Shown here: piece after piece, positions 35,088 to 46,046 of the stretch | Layout: each line of letters opens with the position of its first letter | Numbering within the stretch: the first letter of the stretch is position 1 | The notes under the pieces: model-generated | Told to the model about the DNA's origin: nothing | The model's database searches: none | Seen by the model: the letters and a program-made list of their open reading frames with translations, nothing else | NCBI GenBank assembly: GCA_964590105.1 | Contig: CAZPYM010000002.1 | Location: 154,697-218,696 of the forward strand | Direction of reading: 5' to 3' | From: an uncultured Gammaproteobacteria bacterium | Lineage (GTDB): Bacteria; Patescibacteriota; Patescibacteriia; UBA11705; JABHMO01 | Length of the DNA: 64,000 bases | Position numbers and translations under genes: made by a program

Positions 35088-35585
35088 TTACTCAATTGTT
35101 CTGACTTTTATTTCCACTTTTTTTGCTTCCTCGCTTTTGGGCAAAGTAATTTTTAAAACGCCTTCTTTTAAAACTGCTTCAACTTCGCCGGATTTTACCG
35201 GCAGAGGCAGTATGATGCTACGGGAAAATTTTCCCCAGTAGCACTCCTGATAAAGATAATTTTTTTGCTCTGAAGTAAAGCCTTTGTGCCGCTCGCCGCG
35301 TATGGTCAGCACGTCTTTGTCAAGGCTGATATCAAGGCTGTCCGGTTGAACACCGGCCAGCGGAGTAACAACATACAGGTTGTCGGCGTCCTGAAAAATA
35401 TCAATTGACAGCTGGGCTTCTTCCGGAATGTCAATTTCCTCAGTCAGCGCCGGCGCAAAAAAATGTTCGCGCACGTTTGGATCATTGGTCGGCTTTGATT
35501 CGTGGTCGCTAAAAAATCTGTCTGACCGATAGTGATTTTCTAGCTCTTCCAGATGCTTGTGCCAATCGTGATTATTATCTTGCAT
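35088..35585 (-). CDS. Hsp20/alpha-crystallin small heat-shock protein.
   Basis: ACD core (DIFQDADNLYVVTPLAGVQPDSLDISLDKDVLTIRGERH...) plus C-terminal I-x-I-like segment. Confidence 0.85.
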   Translation of the reverse strand: MQDNNHDWHKHLEELENHYRSDRFFSDHESKPTNDPNVREHFFAPALTEEIDIPEEAQLSIDIFQDADNLYVVTPLAGVQPDSLDISLDKDVLTIRGERHKGFTSEQKNYLYQECYWGKFSRSIILPLPVKSGEVEAVLKEGVLKITLPKSEEAKKVEIKVRTIE

Positions 35586-35737
35586 ATTAATGAGGTAACG
35601 CGTTGAGATTTTTTATAATTCCAGTAAGAGAACTTTATTAACTTCGTTTATATTATATAATCATTTTTCAAAGAAAACAACTTTTCAATAAAAAAACCGC
35701 CGTAAAAATAATTATCGGACGGTTTTTTAAATAAAAA

Positions 35738-36064
35738 TTATTCAGTTGGTTCCGGTGCGCTGACGACAGGTTCCGCGCTGTGCTGGCTGGCCTTGAGAGC
35801 GTCTTTTAATGTTTTTCCGGCTTTGAATTTGACCACTTTGGTCGGTGGAATGGTGATTGATTCTGACGGTCTTTGCGGGTTGACGCCTTCTCTGCCTTTC
35901 CTGACGCGAGCGGAAAAAGTGCCGAATCCGGTTAGCGTAACTTCACCGCCGCCTTTGATCGTTTCAGTAATAGTGCTGGTCAGGCTTTCCAGCATGTCTT
36001 CTGCCTGTTTCTTTGTGACGCCGCATTTGTCTGCTAGGAGAGCGGCGAGTTCTGCTTTATTCAT
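35738..36064 (-). CDS. hup: DNA-binding protein HU with short C-terminal extension.
   Basis: MNKAELAALLADKCGVTKKQAEDMLESL...GFGTFSARVRKGREGVNPQRPSESITIPPTKVVKFKAGK. Confidence 0.9.
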   Translation of the reverse strand: MNKAELAALLADKCGVTKKQAEDMLESLTSTITETIKGGGEVTLTGFGTFSARVRKGREGVNPQRPSESITIPPTKVVKFKAGKTLKDALKASQHSAEPVVSAPEPTE

Positions 36065-36091
36065 AGGTACGTGGGTTATGTTAGATTATAT

Positions 36092-36898
36092 TTATACTTC
36101 AACGTCCAGTTTAATTCTTTCAATCTTTTGGGCCTTGCCTGTTTCTGGCTTAATTATAACAAAAACTCCGTCAACTTGGCAAGTGCCGGACTCGGGCAAT
36201 TCAAAAGCGGTCGGTAGCTGAGTGAAAAACTGCTTCACTACATTTTTCAAATCAACGCCCAGACTGGAATCTTTGTACCCGACCATGCCGGCGTCGGTAA
36301 TATAGGCGGTGCCGTTTTTTAGTATTTGTTCGTCAGCTGTTTGCACATGAGTGTGCGTGCCGATAACTGCGCTCACCTGGCCGTCAAAATATCTGGACAA
36401 GGTATTTTTTTCCGACGTGGCTTCCGCGTGAAAGTCAACAATGATGGCGCCGAATTCCTGAGTTTTGTTTTCATTCAAAATTTGTTCCAGCTTTTGAAAC
36501 GGGCAGTCAAAATTTTCTTTGAAAAAAACTCGGCCGATCAGATTAATAATCAAAATTTTGTAAACGCCAATTTCAATTATTTTGTAGCCTTCGCCCGGTA
36601 CTCCGGCCGGATAATTCGCCGGTCGGATCAAGGGAATTTTATTGGCTGACAAGATTTCATTTATTTCAGCTGAATTGGAAAAGATATGATTGCCTGAAGT
36701 AAAAAAATCAATACCCGCATGCAACATTTCCTGCAGGGTTTTTTCCGTTACTCCCTTGCCGTGCGCCAGATTTTCCGCATTGGCGATTATCAGGTCCGGC
36801 TTGTATTTTTTCTTTAGCTTGGGCAATGTTTCGGCCACAGCCTTTCGGCCGATTTTGCCGACAATGTCGCCGAGAAATAAGATTTTAATTTGAGGCAT
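36092..36898 (-). CDS. YmdB-like metallophosphoesterase (TIGR00282 family).
   Basis: Start at the internal Met (MPQIKILFLGDIVGKIGRKAV...). GNHIFS and HAEATSEK motifs. Confidence 0.78.
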   Translation of the reverse strand: MPQIKILFLGDIVGKIGRKAVAETLPKLKKKYKPDLIIANAENLAHGKGVTEKTLQEMLHAGIDFFTSGNHIFSNSAEINEILSANKIPLIRPANYPAGVPGEGYKIIEIGVYKILIINLIGRVFFKENFDCPFQKLEQILNENKTQEFGAIIVDFHAEATSEKNTLSRYFDGQVSAVIGTHTHVQTADEQILKNGTAYITDAGMVGYKDSSLGVDLKNVVKQFFTQLPTAFELPESGTCQVDGVFVIIKPETGKAQKIERIKLDVEV

Positions 36899-37025
36899 AT
36901 TTTTTCGTGCATTGATATTATATAAAATAGCTAAAAATAAAGCAATCCCTTGACAAATCTTATTCACATGGTAATTTAATTATCTGAAATCGTTTGTTTG
37001 ATGGCCCTTTGACAAGGAGGTCGCT

Positions 37026-37571
37026 ATGGCGAAAAACCAAGATGAAGATCGTGAAAAAAAGGGCTTCTGTATTTTGCCCTACATTGAAGGTCATTTCGTA
37101 CGCGACCATTGCGAGGCGAAATTAAGAATTTTCGTCGGGAACAACAAGAAAGACAGTTGTATTTTTTTTGAACTGGATGTTTGGACGGCGAAGGGTTTGT
37201 CCGCCGGGATGAGAGAGTTTTTCAAGGTGGTCTTAAATGTTGGAGAAGATAATTCTGGCCTGGTTGTCCTGTCGGCTGGCGAGGAGAACGTCGCGAAACT
37301 AGGATATCATTTCGTGATGTCCTGGCCGCCGGTGAAAGGGCGGGTGGAAATGCGAGACGTCATGACGATTGACGAGCTTCGTTATTTGGCTTGTGACGCA
37401 TTTTGCGAAATGAATGGGTTGACTGCCGCGGTTGCAGAAGATCAGGCCGCCGCTCCGCCGCTGGAAGACAATCCTTTTGCCGAGGAGGATGGTCGCTTGG
37501 CCGAGCCTCCGGATTTGCCGGCGGCGAGTTTGTCGAGAGAGGACGAGGATCGCGACTGCGATTCTCCGTGA
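37026..37571 (+). CDS. Hypothetical acidic protein. High-GC cassette gene.
   Basis: SD AAGGAGGTCGCTATG. cccTTGACAA motif twice upstream. Terminator follows. Confidence 0.45.
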   Translation: MAKNQDEDREKKGFCILPYIEGHFVRDHCEAKLRIFVGNNKKDSCIFFELDVWTAKGLSAGMREFFKVVLNVGEDNSGLVVLSAGEENVAKLGYHFVMSWPPVKGRVEMRDVMTIDELRYLACDAFCEMNGLTAAVAEDQAAAPPLEDNPFAEEDGRLAEPPDLPAASLSREDEDRDCDSP

Positions 37572-37583
37572 TTGATTCAATAG

Positions 37584-37614
37584 CGGGCGCTATCAATAGC
37601 GCCTGTTTTTTTTG
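37584..37614 (+). terminator. Intrinsic terminator (ggcgct-atcaat-agcgcc plus T8).
   Basis: Stem-loop plus long T-run. Confidence 0.6.
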
Positions 37615-37712
37615 TTTCCGAAACCAAAAGCAGCCGCTTCACCCGCGACTGCTTTTTATTTTCTTCACTATCATCAGTATATCAGTCCTGCCGTGGCGTG
37701 ATCAGTAATCAT

Positions 37713-39230
37713 TTATCTAGCGTATTCGATTACCCGATTCTCCCGAATAACCGTAACTTTAATCTCGCCGGGATATTTGAGTTCTTCTTCGATTTCTTTG
37801 GCAATATCCTGCGCCAGTTTTTCGGCCTGCATGTCTGAAATTTTACCCGGTTCCACAAACACGCGAACTTCGCGGCCGGCCTGAATGGCGTATGTCTTTT
37901 CCACGCCTTCATGACGTTTGGCAATGTTCTCCAGTTCATCCAGTCTTTGCAGATATCTTTCATAAGTATCTTTTCTGGCTCCCGGTCGCGCGCCGGAAAT
38001 GGCGTCAGCCACTTTGACAATAACTGATTCCAGAGTCGGCGGCTTGTCCTCATGATGATTCAGAATCGGTTGGATTATTTCATCAGGCAGATTAAATTTC
38101 TTGGCAATATCGCGTCCGATTTCTGGATGAGTGCCCTGAATCTCATGGTCAACAGCTTTACCAATATCGTGAAGAAAGCCCGCCTTTCTGGCCACGGCTA
38201 CATTGGCGCCAAGTTCCTGCGCCAACAGAGCGGAGAGATGCGCGACTTCAATTGAATGTTGCAAAACATTTTGGCCGTAGCTTGTTCTGTATTTCAGTCG
38301 GCCGACAATCTGCACCAGCTTTGGATCCAGGCCGGCAACGCCGACTTCGTAGCAAGCGTCTTCGCCGGCTTTTTTTATTTCTAGGGCGATTTCTTTTTTT
38401 GCTTCTTCAATAGCTTCTTCAATTCTCGCCGGATGAATGCGTCCGTCTAGAATTAATTTTTCCAGGGCGCGTTTGGCCACGTGCCTTCTGATCGGACTGA
38501 AGCCGGAAATGGTAATAACTTGCGGCGTGTCGTCAACTACAATTTCTACGCCGGTTAATTGTTCTATAGTGCGAATATTTCTTCCTTCGCGGCCGATGAT
38601 CCTGCCCTTCATTTCATCTGACGGCAGGTCAAGTACAGTAGTGGTAGCTTCAACCGCGTGATTCACTGAACAACGCTGAATAACCAGAGCCAGGCGTTTC
38701 TTGGCTTCGCGATCCAATTCAACGGAATTTTCTTCGTCCAGTTTTTTAATGCGGTTTAAGAGTACTTCTCCCATTTCTCGCTCTACATTTTCCAGGAGAA
38801 CTTTTTTGGCTTCTTCCTTATTTAAACCGGCGATTTTTTCTAATTTTTCCAACTGTTCTTTTTTAATTTGCAGAACCTGCTCTTTGATCTGTTCAATTTG
38901 CTTGCCTTTATCCTGGAGTTTAGTTGTTTTTGATTCCAGGTCTAATAATTTTTCATCAAAAAGAGTTTCTCTTTTTTCCAGCCTTGCCTGCATTGATTTT
39001 AATTCATTGCGTCGACTGGTTTCTTCTTTTTTGGCTTCATCAATGATTTCCAGCGCTTTGTCTTTGGCTGTAATCAAGATTTCTTTTTCTTTGGCTTTGG
39101 TCTCATTAATCAAGTTCTGCATCTTTGCTTCGAGCGACGCAGATTCAACCTGGGCAACTTTTTTTCTAATAAAATAGCCGATAATCAAACCGATTATCAG
39201 GCCGATTCCAATAGTGATCGGATACATCAT
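37713..39230 (-). CDS. rny: Ribonuclease Y.
   Basis: 505 aa. N-terminal TM, coiled coil, KH domain, HD domain (HDIGK). Confidence 0.92.
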   Translation of the reverse strand: MMYPITIGIGLIIGLIIGYFIRKKVAQVESASLEAKMQNLINETKAKEKEILITAKDKALEIIDEAKKEETSRRNELKSMQARLEKRETLFDEKLLDLESKTTKLQDKGKQIEQIKEQVLQIKKEQLEKLEKIAGLNKEEAKKVLLENVEREMGEVLLNRIKKLDEENSVELDREAKKRLALVIQRCSVNHAVEATTTVLDLPSDEMKGRIIGREGRNIRTIEQLTGVEIVVDDTPQVITISGFSPIRRHVAKRALEKLILDGRIHPARIEEAIEEAKKEIALEIKKAGEDACYEVGVAGLDPKLVQIVGRLKYRTSYGQNVLQHSIEVAHLSALLAQELGANVAVARKAGFLHDIGKAVDHEIQGTHPEIGRDIAKKFNLPDEIIQPILNHHEDKPPTLESVIVKVADAISGARPGARKDTYERYLQRLDELENIAKRHEGVEKTYAIQAGREVRVFVEPGKISDMQAEKLAQDIAKEIEEELKYPGEIKVTVIRENRVIEYAR

Positions 39231-39508
39231 ATTTATTCCTTGCTTTGTTTACAAGGAAGTTTTGTAGCAGAAGCGTAGTAGAAGATCAATAAAAATACCC
39301 CGTGCGTTATTCCGGAAAAACAGAAGATTGAATTGTAAGTTCCAAAATCTTCATGGAATTATATCTACCGGCAAAGGGTAGTGAAGTGGAATAGATTAAA
39401 GAAAAGCTAATTCTGGCTAAAACTTCCTATGCTTACAAAAGCAGATAGATTATTAATTATCTGTAAATCGAGTATAGCAAAGAGCCCCGCGCGTGTCAAT
39501 ATGGCAGA

Positions 39509-39537
39509 TTGACAAATATTTTATAAATTGTTAATAT
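39509..39537 (+). promoter_or_regulatory. Sigma70-type promoter TTGACA-17-TAATAT.
   Basis: Consensus -35 and spacing. SD AAAGGAGGAGAGATG at 39572. Confidence 0.5.
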
Positions 39538-39571
39538 GCAAAAAGTTTGTCAGCAACAAAAAGGAGGAGAG

Positions 39572-39874
39572 ATGGGCAAGAAAGGTAGAGACGAAGTAAT
39601 CCTTTTTATTGTTACAACTGGCGGCGCAGCTGGCATGGAAAAGGTCTGTTTCATGCTTGAATTTGATGAAGTGGAAAAACCACTGGTTCCGGTTGCCAAC
39701 GTGCATACGTATTTGAAAGGAATGGGTTACCGGCTGACCGGCCGTGCGGAAACTGAGCTGGCTATTCCGGTTGCGGCCATGATTCGACTGAAAGGAAAAG
39801 AAAAAGTAAGCAGGGAGGCGGAATTTACGCTGTCCGGTCAGGCAATCATGGAAATTTGGAAAAGACCTTCATAA
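39572..39874 (+). CDS. Hypothetical 100 aa protein. Moderately high-GC cassette gene.
   Basis: Internal Met start with strong SD. Terminator immediately downstream. Confidence 0.45.
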   Translation: MGKKGRDEVILFIVTTGGAAGMEKVCFMLEFDEVEKPLVPVANVHTYLKGMGYRLTGRAETELAIPVAAMIRLKGKEKVSREAEFTLSGQAIMEIWKRPS

Positions 39875-39879
39875 CTCAA

Positions 39880-39911
39880 AACCGACCCCGCAACAGCGGA
39901 GTCGGTTTTTC
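39880..39911. terminator. Intrinsic terminator (ccgaccccgcaacagcggagtcgg plus T-run).
   Basis: 8-bp GC stem and ttttt. Confidence 0.65.
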
Positions 39912-39924
39912 TATTTTCAGGAAG

Positions 39925-41178
39925 TTATTCTTTTGTTTCTTCTGCTTCTTTATCCTTTTTGTCTTCTTGCGCCTCTTTGTCATCCCGAGCGATCCCGCCT
40001 TTGGCGGGAGAGTCGAGGGATTCTTCAGCATCTCTATCTCCTTTAACTTCTTTATCTTCTTTTTCCGGCTTTTTGCCATCCATTGATTTGATGCTCAGTC
40101 CGAGCCGGTGTTCAGTAGGTTCAATGGAAACAATTCTGAATTTCATGGTGGTTCCTGGTACAGCAAAGCCTTCGGTAGAGTCAATTTTTTTGTCGGATAG
40201 TTCTGAAATATGCGCCAGTCCGTGAATATCTTCATCAAGTTGTACAAATAGTCCGAAGGGAGTTGCTTTCAGTATGATTCCCTCCACAACGTCGTCAACT
40301 TTGTATTTGTCGTGGATGTTTTCCCATGGATCTTTTTTCAGCTTTTTGCTTGACAAGAATATTTTTGAACCTTCGATTTTAATGATTTCTGCTTTTATCG
40401 CATCACCGACTTTAAATAGATCAGCCGGATTTTCAATTCTCTGCCAGGCTAGCTCTGAGATATGAATCAATCCTTCCAGCTTGTCGCCGAATTCCACGAA
40501 CACGCCAAAGTCAGTGACCGCAGTAATTGTTCCTTCCACTATTTCGCCTACGGAAAATTTGCCAAGCACGTCTTTTTGTGTTTCTTCCCAGGCCGCTTTT
40601 TCAGAAACAATCAGTTTTTCGTTTTCCGCATTGGCGTCTAGAACCTTGACAGGAAAACTTTGGCCGATATAGCTTTTCAATCTTTCCAAGATTTTATTCT
40701 TGTCGCCACCTTGAACGCGCGGGTAGAATTCCGGACTTAGCTGGGACACCGGCAAAAATCCGGGGACACTGTTGATCGTTACCAGGAGGCCGCCCTTATT
40801 GGCGTCAATGATTTTGGCCTGCACTGTTTCATTGCTGTCTTTTGATTTTTGTAAAGCTGACCAAGTGCGCTGATGCCCGGCGTAGCGGAAAGAGAGTTCC
40901 ATCTGGCCTTGTTCGTTTTCCAGTTCAATTACAGTGGCTTCTGTTTCGTCTCCGGATTTCAAACTGGCGAATTCATCGGATTCATTATAAAGTTCTTTGC
41001 CTCGGATAATGCCGGTAATAATTCCATTAAAATCAATTAGGACTTCTTTTTTTGAAGCAGATATAACTACGCCCTTGATAATATCGCCTTCTTTGGGCAG
41101 GGTTTTTATCGCCGCATCTTGCTCCAGTAGAGAATTCATGGGAGAAGCTGGATCTGGTTTTACAAATTTTTTAGCCAT
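39925..41178 (-). CDS. rpsA: 30S ribosomal protein S1 (four S1 domains) with charged C-terminal tail.
   Basis: Repeated S1 OB-fold motifs (GxV...G.FV.L..g..Gl.H.SE). KE/D-rich tail. Confidence 0.82.
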   Translation of the reverse strand: MAKKFVKPDPASPMNSLLEQDAAIKTLPKEGDIIKGVVISASKKEVLIDFNGIITGIIRGKELYNESDEFASLKSGDETEATVIELENEQGQMELSFRYAGHQRTWSALQKSKDSNETVQAKIIDANKGGLLVTINSVPGFLPVSQLSPEFYPRVQGGDKNKILERLKSYIGQSFPVKVLDANAENEKLIVSEKAAWEETQKDVLGKFSVGEIVEGTITAVTDFGVFVEFGDKLEGLIHISELAWQRIENPADLFKVGDAIKAEIIKIEGSKIFLSSKKLKKDPWENIHDKYKVDDVVEGIILKATPFGLFVQLDEDIHGLAHISELSDKKIDSTEGFAVPGTTMKFRIVSIEPTEHRLGLSIKSMDGKKPEKEDKEVKGDRDAEESLDSPAKGGIARDDKEAQEDKKDKEAEETKE

Positions 41179-41501
41179 TTTATTATTACTCCTTTCGTAA
41201 GTGTGGTTGCGAAGCTTTCTTTTGTAACAGCTTCCTTATAAAAAAGTCCACTCTAAGGTGGATTTTTGGTAAAATAAATTTTCCTAGATTAGAGTTATGA
41301 ATTAGATAAGATATTAAGGACTTTGATATCAATTGGTATTCTAGCTTATTAATAAATGATTGTCAAGGGTTTTACGGACGGCTTGAGCGCGGGCTGAATT
41401 GCAGGCAATCACAATTGATAAGTCAAGGGTGGCTTTTGTATTTACTTTTCTAAATAATTATGCTAAAATGTTTTTAGAAATTTACTAATATAATAAAAGA
41501 T

Positions 41502-42161
41502 ATGAACATTAGTTGGTTGGGGCATTCTTGTTTTAAAATGGAGGAAAAAATCGGTAGTCAATTGGTTACGATAATTACTGACCCTTATGATGACAGTGTC
41601 GGTTTTCGCCTGCCGAAAATGAAGGCGGACTTGGTTTCAGTCAGCCACGATCATTTTGATCATGCTAATTCGGCGGCAGTGTCGGGAATTGACAGCGCTT
41701 TGCCGATTGTAATTGACCGGCCGGGTGAATATGAAGTCAAGGGCGTGTTTGTCCAGGGCATTGGCGCTTATCATGACAAAAAACAGGGCGCAGAACGCGG
41801 TAAGTCAGTGATGTTTATGTTTGACATCGGCGGAATAAACGTCCTGCACTTGGGGGATCTTGGCACTACCCTGTCCGATCAGCAATTGGAAAAAATAGAC
41901 GATATTGATATTTTGCTGATCCCGGTCGGAGGTAATTATACGATCAATGCCAAAGAAGCGGCTGAAGTCGTGCGTCAGCTCGAGCCGCGGATTGTTATTC
42001 CAATGCACTACAAAATTCCAGGGCTTAAGATTGACATTGAGGGCGTGGAAAATTTCAAAAAAGAAATGGGTGGCAAAGCGGAAACATTAAATAAATTAAA
42101 AGTTAATAAAAAAGAATTGCCTCAAGATGAATGCCGGCTAGTACTTTTGGAAAAAACATAA
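41502..42161 (+). CDS. MBL-fold metal-dependent hydrolase (UPF0173-like).
   Basis: HDHFDH motif and conserved Asp/His downstream. Confidence 0.75.
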   Translation: MNISWLGHSCFKMEEKIGSQLVTIITDPYDDSVGFRLPKMKADLVSVSHDHFDHANSAAVSGIDSALPIVIDRPGEYEVKGVFVQGIGAYHDKKQGAERGKSVMFMFDIGGINVLHLGDLGTTLSDQQLEKIDDIDILLIPVGGNYTINAKEAAEVVRQLEPRIVIPMHYKIPGLKIDIEGVENFKKEMGGKAETLNKLKVNKKELPQDECRLVLLEKT

Positions 42162-42179
42162 ACATAAAAATAAAAATAT

Positions 42180-42554
42180 ATGAAGGAAAAAGATCCAAAT
42201 GCCAAATATTTAACTCTGTGGTTGTGCGTGATTGTTTCCGCCGGCATAATTTTTTCCGGCTGGCTGTTTTCTGTTAAGTACAATTTTAAAAAGATTAATG
42301 ACCAGATGCAGAACAATGGAGCGACTATAGAGAAAGCAACTGCCGAGATGGAAGATATGTTTGCTGGGATGAATGTGCAGCTGGAAAAAGCTTCCGAGCA
42401 ATTGAAGGAAGTTGAAAAAAACCTGGGAGAAGAGCCGGTTGAGCAGGCAATTAAACCTGCAGAGGAAATTACGGCAAGCGATGAAGTTGTTGTTCCAGCG
42501 GATCAAGATGTTACAAAAGACGAAGGCGTTGCGTTGGAGGAGCCCAAAGAATAA
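42180..42554 (+). CDS. Hypothetical membrane-anchored coiled-coil protein.
   Basis: One TM, then a charged helical region. Confidence 0.4.
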   Translation: MKEKDPNAKYLTLWLCVIVSAGIIFSGWLFSVKYNFKKINDQMQNNGATIEKATAEMEDMFAGMNVQLEKASEQLKEVEKNLGEEPVEQAIKPAEEITASDEVVVPADQDVTKDEGVALEEPKE

Positions 42555-42619
42555 TTAACAGATTATTAGCTTTACCTGTCAAATGGAGCGGGTAATTCTT
42601 GTTTACATAGACAAATAGT

Positions 42620-45130
42620 ATGAAAAAAAGTAATGAAAAAAAGAGCGAGCCAAAAGTGCCGGAGAAACCAAGAGACCAAATTGAGGATGTTTCGATTGTT
42701 GATGAAATGGAAAATAGTTATATTGACTACGCCATGTCGGTTATCGTTTCGCGTGCACTGCCTGATGTTCGCGATGGTTTGAAACCGGTTCACCGCAGAA
42801 TTCTTTATGCCATGTGGAATATCGGTTTGAAACCCAGCGCCAAATTTCGTAAATCAGCTACCGTGGTCGGTGAAGTGCTCGGCAAATATCATCCTCATGG
42901 CGATCAGGCTGTTTATGATTCTATGGCTAGAATGGCTCAGGATTTTAATATGCGCTACATGCTTGTTCACGGCCAAGGTAACTTCGGCTCAATGGACGGT
43001 GATCGCCCGGCGGCAATGCGTTATACTGAAGCCAAATTGCGAGCGATTTCCGAGGAACTTTTGATTGATTTGGAAAAAGACACAGTTAATTTTATTCCCA
43101 ATTACGACGGCACGCAAAAAGAGCCGAGCGTCCTGCCGGCCAAATTGCCTCATTTGCTTTTGAATGGCAGTGTGGGGATCGCAGTTGGTATGGCGACAAA
43201 AATTCCGCCGCATAATCTGACCGAAATTTGCGACGCGGTCTGCCATCAAATTGACAATCCTGATTGCGAGGCGGAGAGTTTGATGGAATACATCAAGGGC
43301 CCTGATTTCCCGACCGGCGGAATTATTTATGATACCGAAGAAATCAAAAGAGCGTATACCACGGGCAAAGGCAAGATCGTAATGCGCGGTAAAACTGAAA
43401 TTGTTGAAGAAAAACAAGGCCAATTTAGAATTATAATTTCAGAAATTCCTTATCAAGTAAATAAGGCTACTTTATTGGAAAAAATTGCTGAATTCGTCAA
43501 AATTAAAAGGTTGGAAGGTATAAAGGACGTGCGCGACGAGTCAAATAAAGAAGGCGTGCGCATTGTCATTGAGCTGAAGCGTGACGCTTATCCGAAAAAA
43601 GTATTGAACAGGCTGTTCAAGTTGACGCCGCTCCAAAGTAATTTTGACGTTAATATGCTGGCGCTCACAGGCGACCTCCAACCAAAGGTGATGAATTTAA
43701 AAGATATTCTGGGCTATTATTTGGAACATCGGAAGGAAGTGGTGCGACGGCGGACAGCTTTTGAATTAAGAAAAGCAGAAGAGCGGGCGCATATTTTGGA
43801 GGGATTGAAAAAAGCCATTGATAATATTGACGCCATTATTAAATTAATTAAAAAATCAAAAGACAGAGAAACCGCCAAACAAAATTTAATTAAGCAATTT
43901 AAATTTACCGAAGTGCAGGCAGTGGCGATTTTGGAAATGCGTTTGCAAAATTTGGCCAATCTCGAAAGAATAAAAATTGAAGACGAGCTAAAAGAGAAAA
44001 AACAAACAATCAAGGAGCTGAAAGAATTATTATCGTCTGAAAAGAGAATATTGGGAGTGATTAAGTCCGAGTTGATTGAGATCAAGGAAAAATTTGGTGA
44101 TGAACGCAAGACAAAAATAATAAAATCAGCGGTCGGTGAATTTTCACAAGAAGATTTAGTGCCCAATGAACCGATGTTGGTCATGGTGACGCATGATGGG
44201 TATATTAAAAGAATGCCTGTTGATACTTTCAAAGTTCAACAGCGCGGCGGCAAGGGCGTGATCGGATTGACAACAAAAGAAGAAGACGTGGTGGATCTAT
44301 TATTTAGCACCACAACTCATAATAATTTACTGTTCTTTACTTCGGTCGGCCGAGTGTTTCGCTTGAAAGCTTATGAATTGCCGATTGGCCAGAGGACAGC
44401 CAAGGGACAGGCGCTGGTAAACTTTTTGCAGCTGGGTCCTGACGAAAAAGTAACTGAGATATTGCCGATCAAAGATCAAACTGCGATGAAATATCTTTTC
44501 ATGGCAACGGAAAACGGCACGATCAAAAAAACACCGATTGAAGACTTTAATAATGTTAGGCGTTCCGGTCTGATCGCTATTAAACTTAAACCTGCCGATC
44601 GCTTGCGCTGGGTGAGTCTGACTGACGGCACAAAAGAAATAATGCTTATTTCCGCGCGTGGCCAGGCAATCAGATTTAGTGAAGAAGATGCCAGAGCAAT
44701 GGGTAGAACAGCTTCCGGTGTGAGAGGAATGAGACTCAAGCAGGGAGACAAATTGGTTGGCGTCGGCCTAATCAGTCCGGACAAAGCCAAGGAACTGCAG
44801 GTTTTAACCATTTCTGAAAATGGTTTTGGCAAACGCACTGATCTGGAGTTTTATAAAGTGCAAAATCGTGGCGGCGGCGGCATCAGAACATTGAAAGTTT
44901 CAACCAAGACAGGGAAAGTTGTTAAAGGCCTGGTAATTAATAAGGCGGAGAGCATTGAAGATGATATTTTGGTTATTTCAAATCACGGTCAAGCTATTCG
45001 CATGCCATATAAAACAATTAGCGAGCTCGGAAGAGACACGCAGGGCGTGCGCCTGATGCGATTCAAGGAAGCCGGCGACGCGGTGGCGACTTTTTCCAAA
45101 ATGATAACAGAAGCAAAAAAACGGGAATAA
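42620..45130 (+). CDS. gyrA: DNA gyrase subunit A.
   Basis: 836 aa. AMRYTEAKL active-site Tyr region, QRDR motifs, C-terminal beta-pinwheel repeats. Confidence 0.97.
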   Translation: MKKSNEKKSEPKVPEKPRDQIEDVSIVDEMENSYIDYAMSVIVSRALPDVRDGLKPVHRRILYAMWNIGLKPSAKFRKSATVVGEVLGKYHPHGDQAVYDSMARMAQDFNMRYMLVHGQGNFGSMDGDRPAAMRYTEAKLRAISEELLIDLEKDTVNFIPNYDGTQKEPSVLPAKLPHLLLNGSVGIAVGMATKIPPHNLTEICDAVCHQIDNPDCEAESLMEYIKGPDFPTGGIIYDTEEIKRAYTTGKGKIVMRGKTEIVEEKQGQFRIIISEIPYQVNKATLLEKIAEFVKIKRLEGIKDVRDESNKEGVRIVIELKRDAYPKKVLNRLFKLTPLQSNFDVNMLALTGDLQPKVMNLKDILGYYLEHRKEVVRRRTAFELRKAEERAHILEGLKKAIDNIDAIIKLIKKSKDRETAKQNLIKQFKFTEVQAVAILEMRLQNLANLERIKIEDELKEKKQTIKELKELLSSEKRILGVIKSELIEIKEKFGDERKTKIIKSAVGEFSQEDLVPNEPMLVMVTHDGYIKRMPVDTFKVQQRGGKGVIGLTTKEEDVVDLLFSTTTHNNLLFFTSVGRVFRLKAYELPIGQRTAKGQALVNFLQLGPDEKVTEILPIKDQTAMKYLFMATENGTIKKTPIEDFNNVRRSGLIAIKLKPADRLRWVSLTDGTKEIMLISARGQAIRFSEEDARAMGRTASGVRGMRLKQGDKLVGVGLISPDKAKELQVLTISENGFGKRTDLEFYKVQNRGGGGIRTLKVSTKTGKVVKGLVINKAESIEDDILVISNHGQAIRMPYKTISELGRDTQGVRLMRFKEAGDAVATFSKMITEAKKRE

Positions 45131-45159
45131 AGTAAGGCGGTAAAAATATAATTAGATAA

Positions 45160-45198
45160 AAAGTCAGGCGGGCCCTCGAAGGCCGCCTGACTTTTTAA
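45160..45198 (+). terminator. Intrinsic terminator after gyrA.
   Basis: agtcaggcgggccctcgaaggccgcctgactttttt. Confidence 0.75.
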
Positions 45199-45374
45199 AT
45201 TTTGCTGTTTCGGCCCCCCCGCTTTTTGATGATTTCAGGACGGCCATTTTTATCTAAAATTGCGGATTTAATTATGGCTAGATTGACAAAACTAGAAAAG
45301 TATGAAAGGATAGAACATCAATGGATGAATGTAACCTTTGATCAGGGAGGAAAAAATGGAAAAAAGCTGAAGTT

Positions 45375-45625
45375 GATGTGGCGGTGGTGGAATCAGAACT
45401 TTGAAAGTTTCAAGTAAAACAGGAAAGGTAATTCGAGGTGTTGTTGTTGATAAGGAAGAAAATAAAGATTTAGATATTTTAGTAATTTCTTAGAAAGGTC
45501 AAGTAATTAGATTACCATTCAAGAGTATTAGTGAGCTTGGTCGTGATACGCAAGGTGTGCGATTGATGAGATCTAAATAAGCTGGAGATACTGTTGTGAC
45601 TTTTTCACAAATTGTTGGCGAAGGT
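45375..45625 (+). pseudogene. Decayed duplicate of the gyrA 3' end (last ~85 codons) with in-frame stops.
   Basis: Aligns colinearly with gyrA 44868..45112. Reads ...[65 protein letters not shown]... versus gyrA ...[67 protein letters not shown]... Confidence 0.75.
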
Positions 45626-45670
45626 GATGTGAAAAGGCAGAAATTGAATTGGGTAAAAAGTAAATTAGAT

Positions 45671-45705
45671 AAAAAAAAAGAACAAGTTACTTGTTCTTTT
45701 TTTAT
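45671..45705. terminator. Bidirectional terminator (A8-agaacaagttacttgttct-T7).
   Basis: Perfect 7-bp stem flanked by A and T runs. Confidence 0.6.
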
Positions 45706-45760
45706 TTATTAAAAAGAAAGAGGCCAATCGTTTTAGATTGACCTCAATGTTGGCAGGTGG

Positions 45761-46012
45761 TTATGAGTGGAAGAGCTCCACTGTGGCAGGGCTACCAAAA
45801 CGGCTAGATAGGAAAAACTTCCAGGCCCCTTCTTCTTCCATCAGATACCCTTCACTGCGAAGGATATAAGATTTTTCCCCTTTTCTTTTTATAATCCTAA
45901 CTACACGATCAATTCTTTCGTCGGTTTCGTAAGCGAATGGCTTGATAGATGTTTTTACTTCATCGCCCAGTTTTGGAGTGTACATCAGATCTCCTTTTAA
46001 GAAGAGAACCAT
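45761..46012 (-). CDS. Hypothetical small protein.
   Basis: ORF only. Directly downstream of 46047..46877 on the same strand. Confidence 0.3.
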   Translation of the reverse strand: MVLFLKGDLMYTPKLGDEVKTSIKPFAYETDERIDRVVRIIKRKGEKSYILRSEGYLMEEEGAWKFFLSSRFGSPATVELFHS

Positions 46013-46046
46013 GCTAAATTTTCTTAACTTGGTTCAGTGTTAAATA

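Noticed and set aside
43717-44232. 171-aa ORF antisense to gyrA (also 55661..56116 in rpoC, 59258..59710 in ftsH, 38701..39177 in rny).
   Set aside because: Antisense ORFs inside highly conserved genes. No signals.
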